Positions 5,326-13,455 of a stretch of DNA of 19,362 nt are shown here, piece after piece. Positions within the stretch are counted from its first letter, which is position 1. Each line of letters starts with the position of its first letter. The position numbers and the translations under genes were made by a program. This stretch comes from a candidate division WOR-3 bacterium. GTDB lineage: Bacteria; Hydrothermota; Tepidihabitantia; Tepidihabitantales; JAOUPE01. The DNA lies in the NCBI GenBank assembly GCA_039801565.1, contig JBDRUX010000044.1:1-19362 (forward strand). The letters are read 5' to 3'. The notes below the pieces were generated by a model. The model ran no database searches, was not told where the DNA came from, and saw only the letters and a program-made list of their open reading frames with translations.

Positions 5326-7773
5326 ATGTTAAATAAGCAACTTAAACCGAATTGTTTTATCTTATCTTTTGTCTTATTCCTTATTCTTTACTCTGCTCTT
5401 CCTGCCCAGTGGCTGGAAACAACAATTTACGTTCCGGATTCTTTATGCGGAATGCGTTATCCTAATGTCTTTGCTTACAATTCAGCCAATAATAAAATCT
5501 ATGTTGGAAGCGGATACGGTAATTGCGTGGTGGTGATTGACGGAACAACAAACCAAAAGATTGCGAAAATACCAACAGGACTGACTGTTTCGGCTCTCTG
5601 CTGGAATTCCGCCAACAACAAAATCTATTGCGCTAATACTAACAGTAACACTGTGACTGTAATTGGTGGTCAAAATAACCAACTGATTACAACCATACCA
5701 GTTGGGAATTGTCCGAGGGCTTTAGTTTGGAATTCTACCAACAACAAAGTCTACTGCGCCAGTTATGGCAGTAACACGATAACTGTGATTGATGGTCAAA
5801 GCGACACGGTGATTACAAACCTACCGGTAGGAAATTATCCTCATGCCTTGGCTTATAATCAAATCAATAACAAGGTCTATTGCGCAAATCGGTATAGTGA
5901 TAATGTGACTGTGATTGATGGTCAAAGCGACACGGTGATTACAAACCTACCGGTAGGAAATTATCCTCATGCCTTGGCTTATAATCAAATCAATAACAAG
6001 GTCTATTGCGCAAATCGGTATAGTGATAATGTGACTGTGATTGATGGTCAAAGCGACACGGTGATTACAATTATTCCGGTTGGTGCCGGACCCTGCGCTT
6101 TAGTTTGGAATTTTGAATATAACAAGGTTTATTGTGCGAATTGGTATAGCGACAATGTGACTGTTATTGATGGTGAGAACGACACGGTGATTAAAACCAT
6201 CCTTGTCGGCAACGAGCCCTGTGCCCTGGTTTGGAATTCTACCAACAATAAAATCTATTGTGCTAACGAAGGTAGTGATAATGTAACGGTAATTGATGGC
6301 GTAACAAATTCACCCATCGCAACAATTCCAGTTTGGGATTGGCCTTTAGCTTTAATCTGGAATTCAACGAATAATAAAGTCTATTGTGCTAATGAAGGTG
6401 ATGACAATGTGAGTATAATTGATGGTGATAGCGATACAGTAATTACAACCATCCCTGTGGGTGATGAACCCCGTGCTTTGGCTTGGAACTTTACTAACAA
6501 CAAAATTTACTGCGCTAATCGCTTAAATAACTTGTTAACTGTTATTGACGGCCGAAATAATTCTGTTATTAAAACCATCCCGGTTGGAAAATGCCCAAGT
6601 GTTTTAGTTTGGAATTCTACCAACAACAAAGTCTACTGCGCCGATTCTAACAGTAACACGGTGACGGTAATCAATGGAGAAAATGATAGTGTGATCATAA
6701 CCATATTGGTTGGCAACGAACCTTGTGCTCTGATTTGGAATTCTACCAATAACAAGGTCTATTGTGCGAATTGGTATAGCGACAATGTGACTGTTATTGA
6801 TGGTGAGAATGACACGGTGATTACATCCATTCCGGTTGGCAACGGCCCCTCCACTTTACTTTGGAACTCTACCAATAACAAGGTCTATTGTGCAAATTGG
6901 TATAGTGGCACCGTAACTATAATTGATGGAATAAATGACAGTGTAATTAAAACTATTTCAGTAGGCGAAAGACCTTGTGCTTTTGTATGGAATTCAATTA
7001 ACGATAAGGTGTATTGTGCTAATTATTTGAGTAATAATATTGCGGTAATCGATGGCAGATATGATACCATGGTTACAACTATTCCGGTTGGATGGCGTCC
7101 ACGTGCCTTAATCTGGAATGTTACTAATAACAAGGTCTATTGTGCAAATTTTGGTATATACAGCAATTCAGTGTCTGTGATTGATGGGGCAAGTGACTCT
7201 GTAATTACAATTATTCCAGTTGGAGACGGACCATACACTTTAGTCTGGGATTCTCTCAATAATAAGATCTATTGTACTAACTGTTATAGTGCAAATATTA
7301 GCATAATTAATGGAGTAAATGACTCAATAATTTCAACCATACCTGTTGGCAATGCTCCTTCTGCGCTTGTCTGGAACTCGAGCCAAAACCGGGTCTATGT
7401 TGCCAATTTATTCAGCTCCAATATCTCAGTGATTCGGGACGAAATTCCAAGAATTGAAGAAGACGAACTTGCTTCACTACCACTCACAATGACCTATGGT
7501 ATTGAAATTTATCCCAATCCGGCAAAAGCCGTGCTTCGGCTCCGTGTACCGTTAACCGTGAAAGAAATTAAAATATTCGATGTATCAGGAAAGTTGATAA
7601 AAGAGATTGAGATACTGAAATTGACCCTGAACTCATTTCAGGGCAAGGTTCAGCATGACGCATTCAGGACTCATAATGACAACGAAATGAAGATATCTCT
7701 TAAAGGAATCAACCCCGGAATTTATTTCTTGCGCCTTGGTAACCAGACCAAAAAGTTTCTGGTTGTAAGATAA
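5326..7773 (+). CDS. YVTN/YncE-type beta-propeller repeat protein (16 x ~42-aa blades) with signal peptide and T9SS CTD
   Basis: Sixteen N[KR]x[Y][CV]-type repeats (IPVG..P.AL.WN...NKVYCAN..S..VTVIDG); C-terminal IYPNPA...IKIFDVSGKL...GIYFLR...KKFLV. Confidence 0.92.
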   Translation: MLNKQLKPNCFILSFVLFLILYSALPAQWLETTIYVPDSLCGMRYPNVFAYNSANNKIYVGSGYGNCVVVIDGTTNQKIAKIPTGLTVSALCWNSANNKIYCANTNSNTVTVIGGQNNQLITTIPVGNCPRALVWNSTNNKVYCASYGSNTITVIDGQSDTVITNLPVGNYPHALAYNQINNKVYCANRYSDNVTVIDGQSDTVITNLPVGNYPHALAYNQINNKVYCANRYSDNVTVIDGQSDTVITIIPVGAGPCALVWNFEYNKVYCANWYSDNVTVIDGENDTVIKTILVGNEPCALVWNSTNNKIYCANEGSDNVTVIDGVTNSPIATIPVWDWPLALIWNSTNNKVYCANEGDDNVSIIDGDSDTVITTIPVGDEPRALAWNFTNNKIYCANRLNNLLTVIDGRNNSVIKTIPVGKCPSVLVWNSTNNKVYCADSNSNTVTVINGENDSVIITILVGNEPCALIWNSTNNKVYCANWYSDNVTVIDGENDTVITSIPVGNGPSTLLWNSTNNKVYCANWYSGTVTIIDGINDSVIKTISVGERPCAFVWNSINDKVYCANYLSNNIAVIDGRYDTMVTTIPVGWRPRALIWNVTNNKVYCANFGIYSNSVSVIDGASDSVITIIPVGDGPYTLVWDSLNNKIYCTNCYSANISIINGVNDSIISTIPVGNAPSALVWNSSQNRVYVANLFSSNISVIRDEIPRIEEDELASLPLTMTYGIEIYPNPAKAVLRLRVPLTVKEIKIFDVSGKLIKEIEILKLTLNSFQGKVQHDAFRTHNDNEMKISLKGINPGIYFLRLGNQTKKFLVVR
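5782..6070 (+). repeat. perfect 126-bp tandem repeat (2.3 copies; one propeller blade)
   Basis: Identical units begin at 5782, 5908 and 6034. Confidence 0.95.
7603..7680. repeat. nested REP-like palindromes within the CTD coding region
   Basis: GAGATACTGAAA[TTGACCCTGAActcatTTCAGGGCAAGG]TTCAGCATGAC; 24 nt longer than the copy at 2480-2506. Confidence 0.7.
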
Positions 7774-7895
7774 ATTGTTGCGTTAGATTTTAACACCAAG
7801 GCTACTAAAATATGAGATAAAAGATTTTAATTCTTCAGTGACTGAAAAAACAGCTTGTTAATTCTCGAAGCAATAGTTCAAACAGTTTAATTAGT

Positions 7896-9353
7896 TTAAG
7901 TGGTGGAATTATGGCAGGGCTGGTATAATTTCAGATATTCTTGGGCAGAAGTAACCCAAGAGAAATCAGCACTCATTGCCCTTTTGACAATCTTAGCCCA
8001 TTCCCCTTTTTGCCAGTAAATCTGAATTGCAGATTGGATTTTTTTAATAAAAGTCTTCAAGTTATAATCATTAAAAAGAAAACCATTGCCTTGGTCAGAA
8101 TTTTCATTATAGTCAATAATGGTATCCGCTAAACCACCGGTTTTATAGCCAATTGGGATTGTGCCGTATTTGAAAGCAATCATCTGACCTAAACCACAAG
8201 GTTCGTAGCGGGAGGGGATTAAAAAGATATCCGAGCCGGCATAGATTTGATGGGCTAATGGTTCATCAAAACTGAGATTGACTGAAATTCTTTTACCATA
8301 ATCTTTTTTTAGCCCAAGCAGTAATTTGTGATATTTTTCTTCACCTAACCCTAAAATAACCAACCCAGCATTATTAAAGATACCAACCTTGACCGCATCG
8401 ATTATCAGTTCAATCCCCTTTTGAATCGTTAGCCGACCAATAAAACTGATTAGCGGTGCTTGCGAAGGTAAATCCAGTTTCAGTTTTTGGCAAAGTTTGG
8501 CTTTGATTTTTGATTTTGCCTCTGACCAGTTCTTTAAATCATAATTAGGTTTGATGAATTTATCTTTGGTTGGATTCCAAATTGAATAGTCAATGCCATT
8601 TAAGATACCAGAAAGGTCGGCTTTGCGTTTGGCTAAAACACCTTCTAAACCGAAACCAAACTCTTTAGTTTGAATCTCTTGGGCATAGGTTGGACTGACC
8701 GTGGTTAACTTGTCAGCAAAAAGCAGCCCAGCCTTTAAAAAATTGACCTTACCGTAAAACTCAAGACCGTCTGGCGTAAAATATTTCTCAGGCACTCCGA
8801 TATCATAAAAGGTCGCTGGCGAAAATAGCCCTTGATAACCAAGATTATGAATCGTGAATACCGATTTGGTGGTTAAAAATAAAGGATGATGGGTATAAAT
8901 CGTTTTGAGGTAAAGGGGGATTAGTGCGGTCTGCCAATCGTGAGCGTGGATAATATCGGGCTTAATCTTAAGTTCAATCAGGCTTTCCAAGACCGCTTTA
9001 GTGAAAAATATGAAGCGTTGCGCATTGTCTGGATAATCACCCTGCGCGGTGCCATAAAGAAATTCTCGCATAAAATATTCTGATTCATCAACAAAATAGA
9101 AATCTACCTTGGATTGGCGCATTTGACGAACCTGGGCGGTTTTAATCCGTTCGCCTACTTTTATTAGCAAGACAATATTTCTAATGCGCAATTTTTCTTT
9201 TTTTAGCTTTTCAACACTCGGATACAACGGACTAAAGACCGTAACTTTTGCTCCCAATTTGGCTAAGGCTTTGGGCAAGGCGCCGCAGACATCAGCCAAG
9301 CCACCAGTTTTGGAAAATGGTGCTACTTCCGAAGTGGCAAACACAATATTCAT
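7896..9353 (-). CDS. glgA: glycogen synthase (GT5)
   Basis: SEVAPFSKTGGLADV, HAHDWQT, TIHNLGYQG, TVSPTYA, NGID, PSRYEPCGL, TGGLADT; GAGGAG RBS. Confidence 0.97.
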   Translation of the reverse strand: MNIVFATSEVAPFSKTGGLADVCGALPKALAKLGAKVTVFSPLYPSVEKLKKEKLRIRNIVLLIKVGERIKTAQVRQMRQSKVDFYFVDESEYFMREFLYGTAQGDYPDNAQRFIFFTKAVLESLIELKIKPDIIHAHDWQTALIPLYLKTIYTHHPLFLTTKSVFTIHNLGYQGLFSPATFYDIGVPEKYFTPDGLEFYGKVNFLKAGLLFADKLTTVSPTYAQEIQTKEFGFGLEGVLAKRKADLSGILNGIDYSIWNPTKDKFIKPNYDLKNWSEAKSKIKAKLCQKLKLDLPSQAPLISFIGRLTIQKGIELIIDAVKVGIFNNAGLVILGLGEEKYHKLLLGLKKDYGKRISVNLSFDEPLAHQIYAGSDIFLIPSRYEPCGLGQMIAFKYGTIPIGYKTGGLADTIIDYNENSDQGNGFLFNDYNLKTFIKKIQSAIQIYWQKGEWAKIVKRAMSADFSWVTSAQEYLKLYQPCHNSTT

Positions 9354-9380
9354 AGTCGAAGTCTCCTCACTTACTTATAG

Positions 9381-9430
9381 GGTTCAAAGTTGTTCAAAAT
9401 GGTTCAAATTGGTTTAAAATTGTTCAATTA
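9381..9430. repeat. five tandem 10-bp imperfect repeats (consensus KGTTCAAAWT)
   Basis: GGTTCAAAGT TGTTCAAAAT GGTTCAAATT GGTTTAAAAT TGTTCAATTA in the galT-glgA spacer. Confidence 0.85.
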
Positions 9431-10453
9431 TATTTCGCGCAGATACTTTGCTGATTCTTCTGGTGGCGTGGGGTTGATATAAAAACCGCTACCAACCTCA
9501 AAACCAGCAATTCTCGTCAATTTCGGCATCAATTCGATGTGAAAGTGATAATACTCAGGTTCGGGATTGTCGGTTGGGGCAATATGAATCAGAAAATTGT
9601 AATCGGGATTACTTAAGGCACGATTCATTTTGACCAGGACTAATTTTAATAACTTCGCCAGTTCCAAAAGTTCGGATTCAGAAATCGTATTAAAAGAAGC
9701 AAAGTGGCGCTGGGCAAGAATCCAGACTTCAAAGGGAAATCTGGGGGCAAATGGGGCAATAGCAACAAACCTCTCATTTTGGCTAACCAGTCGTTTTGTA
9801 TCTTCTAATTCTTGCTTTAAGATATCACAAAAGATACACCGCTGGCGAAAATCATAATAGCGTTGGGAACCATCTAACTCCTCTTTTACCTGTTTTGGCA
9901 CAACTGGCATCGCAATCAATTGGGAATGGCTATGCGAAAGTGAGGCACCAGCCGAGGCGCCGTGATTTTTGAAAACGATGATGTATTTGAATCGGGAGTC
10001 TTTGGTTAAGTCTAAGGTTCTTTCGCGAAAAGTCCGCAAGACATCAGCGATTTCATTTTCATTTAGGTCGGCAAGTTGGTGATTATGGTTTGGTGTTTCA
10101 ATGATTACTTCGTGGGCACCGGTACCGGACATCCGGTCATAAATCCCTTCGCCCTGCCGTTTCAGAGGGCTTTCAATGATTAAGGCGGGATAGCGATTAG
10201 GAATGACCCGGACCTGCCAACCCGGTTGATTCGGTTTAGAACCACTCGGACGCAGGGCATAGATTTCTGGTGGTGTCAAATCCTCGTTACCCGGACAGAA
10301 CGGGCAGACCTTACCTTCTTTAATCTCTTCTTTTGCCTTTAAAAAATCCGAAGGTCGGACTGCCCGTTCTTGAGCAATTATTATCCAGCGCCCAACCACT
10401 GGGTCACGCCGTAACTCTGGGGTGCGGTTTGGGTCAATTTTTAAATTGACTAT
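9428..10453 (-). CDS. galT: galactose-1-phosphate uridylyltransferase (GalT-like HIT nucleotidyltransferase); start uncertain
   Basis: PELRRDPVVGRW (extends upstream of the tracked GTG at 10399), CPFCPGNE, GAHEVIIETP, FKNHG.AGASL.HSHSQ, CIFC, AGFE.G.G.YINP..PE. Upper coordinate assumes an ATA start. Confidence 0.9.
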   Translation of the reverse strand: MVNLKIDPNRTPELRRDPVVGRWIIIAQERAVRPSDFLKAKEEIKEGKVCPFCPGNEDLTPPEIYALRPSGSKPNQPGWQVRVIPNRYPALIIESPLKRQGEGIYDRMSGTGAHEVIIETPNHNHQLADLNENEIADVLRTFRERTLDLTKDSRFKYIIVFKNHGASAGASLSHSHSQLIAMPVVPKQVKEELDGSQRYYDFRQRCIFCDILKQELEDTKRLVSQNERFVAIAPFAPRFPFEVWILAQRHFASFNTISESELLELAKLLKLVLVKMNRALSNPDYNFLIHIAPTDNPEPEYYHFHIELMPKLTRIAGFEVGSGFYINPTPPEESAKYLREI

Positions 10454-12450
10454 TTCTTCTCCTCAGGGCTTGGTGTCTCTTCTTGTGGCGGTTCTTGAGT
10501 TAAGAATTTTTCAATCTTCGCCTTGTTGCGCAAATCAGCAATCAAATCTTGATAGAGTTTTTCCTCTTTCTGGCGTCGGATTTTTCGCTCAATCTTCTCT
10601 TTCACTTCGGAAAATGGCCGGGTGTAAGCCTTTTTCTTATCTTCAACTTTTAAGAAGGTATAACTCGTATCGGAAAGTTTGATAACCTTGGTGATTTTGC
10701 CTTTTTCTAAACCAAAGACCGCATCTTCAATTTCTTTCGGTTTTGAACCCCGCGAAAAATAGCCCATATCACCACCCTGCCACTTAGTCGGTGCGATTGA
10801 ATATTCTTTGGCTAAAGAATCAAAACTGATTTTACCAGCCAGGGCTTCTTTACGAAGTCGAGCCGCTTGGGTATCGGACTTGACCACAATCTCTCGAGCC
10901 CGTACTTGTTCCGGAACCTTGAAATCTTTGATAGTCGCTTGATAATCTTTTTTCATTTCGATTGTATCAACTTGTACCTTATCAGTGGTCTCCAACTTGC
11001 GTAAGGTCTGAATTAGGGTTTGAACCCTTCTTGGTTCAAATTGGGAAATGAATTTATTGCTCAACCAGAGTTTCTGCTCTTCGATTTCGCGCAAGATGAT
11101 TTGTTCTAAGAGCATTTGGTCACAAAGTCGCTTTTTACCTTCGGTTGATTCAAACCCTTGTCGGTAGAAGGGCGGAATCTTATTAATTCGTTCCTGAAGT
11201 TGCTGATTAGTGATGGGTTGGTCATCTACTATTCCCAGTGTTTCTTTGTTCTGTTTAATTGCCATCGTATCAATGAAGCCCCGGTATTGCTTTTTTAACT
11301 CTTCGGATACTTTTTTGAAGAGTTTATCGGTCTTTTCCTGGCGAATTGTATTTTCAATTTCCCGCGTAACTTTGTCATAGGTCCGCACCTCAGTCGGTTT
11401 TTTGTCTTCGACTTTGAGTAAGACAAACCCATCTTTAGTGGCAATCGGCGGACTGATTTCACCGATTTTTAGCCGAAAAGCCACATCTTCTATCTCTTTC
11501 GGATGGGTGCCGCGTTTGAAGTAACCCATATCCCCACCCGATTTTTTATTCGGGGCTTGCGAAGTTTCTTTGGCAACCGAGTCGAAGGGTAACGATTCGG
11601 CAATAATTTTAGACCGCAAGGCTTCGGCTTCTTCTTTGGTCTTAACCAAAATCTCTCGGGCTCGAACCCGCTCCGGAGTCGTAAAACGGGTCTTCTTGTT
11701 CTTTTTATAATAACTCTTTTTCTCACCTTCGCTCACCTTAACCTTTTCTAAAACCGTCCGATTATACCACTCTTGGGATAGACTGCTATTACGCATTTCG
11801 GTCAAACGAGTAATCACATCCGGATTGTTTTGTAGATTCTTCTCCATTGCTGCCAAATAGAGGAGTCGTTCGTCAATCATATCGTCCAAGAGTTTTTGCT
11901 TATCTTCAAATTTTTCATAACGACTGGGTGCTTGGCTAACTCGGTCATCGAACTCAAGACGAGTGATTGGATAGTTGTCCACTTTGGCTACCAATTCTTG
12001 GTAATTTTTCTTGAAACACCGTTCGATAGCATCTAAGGCGTCGTTACCGTAAGAGGTCTTCATATATTTGGTCGCTACTTGCTCGTAGGCTTGGGCAGCG
12101 TCAAGGAAACGCTCTTGTTTTTCATAAGTGAGACCGAGACGGTAGATGACACCAGCGATGTCTTTATATTTTGGATAGTCGCGAATTATTGCCTTGTAAG
12201 TATTCTCGGCATTAGTATAATCATGGAGTTTGTCAAGGTAGATATCACCAATTTCGGTAAGATAAAGAGCCTTGGTATTATAATCGCGAATCTTGGGCAA
12301 TGCATCGTTAAGTTGTTGGAGTGCCTTTTGGTACTCGTTGGTGAGATAGAGTTTGCGGATTCTAACTAATTGCTCGGCTGGACTTTGAGCACAAGCAACA
12401 TTGACGAGGGTTAAAGTTAGGATTAAAGTTACGATGGTTTTTGAAATCAT
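10450..12450 (-). CDS. exported TPR + tandem PpiC/parvulin peptidyl-prolyl isomerase (SurA/PrsA-like foldase)
   Basis: Signal peptide, TPR-like helices, two PE.VRAREI.VK...FDS.AKE.S...GGDMGYF.RG..PKEIED..F domains; AAGGAGG RBS. Confidence 0.88.
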   Translation of the reverse strand: MISKTIVTLILTLTLVNVACAQSPAEQLVRIRKLYLTNEYQKALQQLNDALPKIRDYNTKALYLTEIGDIYLDKLHDYTNAENTYKAIIRDYPKYKDIAGVIYRLGLTYEKQERFLDAAQAYEQVATKYMKTSYGNDALDAIERCFKKNYQELVAKVDNYPITRLEFDDRVSQAPSRYEKFEDKQKLLDDMIDERLLYLAAMEKNLQNNPDVITRLTEMRNSSLSQEWYNRTVLEKVKVSEGEKKSYYKKNKKTRFTTPERVRAREILVKTKEEAEALRSKIIAESLPFDSVAKETSQAPNKKSGGDMGYFKRGTHPKEIEDVAFRLKIGEISPPIATKDGFVLLKVEDKKPTEVRTYDKVTREIENTIRQEKTDKLFKKVSEELKKQYRGFIDTMAIKQNKETLGIVDDQPITNQQLQERINKIPPFYRQGFESTEGKKRLCDQMLLEQIILREIEEQKLWLSNKFISQFEPRRVQTLIQTLRKLETTDKVQVDTIEMKKDYQATIKDFKVPEQVRAREIVVKSDTQAARLRKEALAGKISFDSLAKEYSIAPTKWQGGDMGYFSRGSKPKEIEDAVFGLEKGKITKVIKLSDTSYTFLKVEDKKKAYTRPFSEVKEKIERKIRRQKEEKLYQDLIADLRNKAKIEKFLTQEPPQEETPSPEEKK

Positions 12451-12850
12451 CTTGCCTCCTTTACTACTAAGACCTTTTGGTTTTGAGTTTTTAAGTGGAT
12501 AAAATAGATATCAGATGGTAGGTCTTTACCATCCCGAATTGATTGATAAAACCGGATAGCAAAGTTTTCCTGCCGGCTTTGAATTTTTGCTAAATTTTGT
12601 CTTTTGCGTGGTTCTGCCCAATGTTTATAAACCGGTAAACGGCAGTCTAAGATTCGATACTGCAATTCCATAGTTTTAGATTTTCTAATTCATTTGACGC
12701 AAGTTTGAGTAAGCAGATTCTGCCTAAATTTTCAATTTTAGTGGTAACTAAGACCCTTGTAGTAAAATAGGGGAGGGGCGTCTGGTGTTTAATCAATTGC
12801 GGTTCGTTAGCGATTAAAGGAGAGAAAATAATTGTCAATAGTTGCAGCAT
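12447..12850 (-). pseudogene. small exported protein with CTD-like tail, split by a probable 1-nt frameshift
   Basis: ORF 12850-12647 has a signal-like start (MLQLLTIIFSPLIA). The overlapping ORF ends DGKDLPSDIYFIHLKTQNQKVLVVK and overlaps the next ATG (ATGA). One extra A in the A4 run (plus-strand TTTT 12681-12684) fuses them into 134 aa. Confidence 0.45.
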
Positions 12851-12861
12851 TTTATCGCCCT

Positions 12862-13455
12862 TCAAGTCAAAGTTTTTACCAATTGCATAACCGTTGCTGA
12901 AAGGATTGGGATAACAACATTATCGTTCACTTCGATTGGCAAAGCCTCGACCACCGCGGCTGAGACACCACCCCAAAGTGCCACCCGAAACGGCAAACTC
13001 TTATCAGGCAGAATTGATACAATATAGGCAACAATAATACAGGAAGCTAATCCAGCTAAGGTTCCTTCTAAACTTTTACGAAAGACCTTGATTCGACCAA
13101 TCGCAAGACCGACGATAGCAGCGGTGGTATCGCCAATCGCTAAAAATGAGATGGCAGCAATGAAAACCCCAGGAGTATCATTAAAGATGAGTAAAGTAAC
13201 CAGAGATGCCAACAATAAATAACTGCCACCAGTGAGTGAAGAGAACTCCCGCCTTCTTAATAACGAACCAAAAAGAATTATGAAGATACCCTTGATTGGA
13301 TTGAGATGAAGCCTTAAGAAGTCAATGGTTAGAAAAAGGACGGTAGCAATGATTAGAATAATTAGACTTAAGGTATAACTGGGAATGATATAGTAAAGAA
13401 TTGGAATGATTAAGGCAAAAAGGTGAAGGAATTTGCGGGATATTTCGGGATTTAA
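12862..13455 (-). CDS. SEC59/DGK1/VTE5-family (dolichol/phytol kinase-like) CTP-dependent membrane kinase; start uncertain
   Basis: Frame extends 80 codons upstream of the tracked ORF: NPEISRKFLHL...IDFLRL...LLRRRE...LTGGSY; then GDTTAAIVG..IG, KSLEGT, NDNVVIP. Upper coordinate assumes a TTA start. Confidence 0.88.
   Translation of the reverse strand, partial: LNPEISRKFLHLFALIIPILYYIIPSYTLSLIILIIATVLFLTIDFLRLHLNPIKGIFIILFGSLLRRREFSSLTGGSYLLLASLVTLLIFNDTPGVFIAAISFLAIGDTTAAIVGLAIGRIKVFRKSLEGTLAGLASCIIVAYIVSILPDKSLPFRVALWGGVSAAVVEALPIEVNDNVVIPILSATVMQLVKTLT

Noticed and set aside
5782..6823. CRISPR array or DGR template/variable repeat pair
   Set aside because: Repeats are in-frame 126-bp protein blades without spacers; mismatches are not adenine-specific; no cas or reverse transcriptase gene in window.
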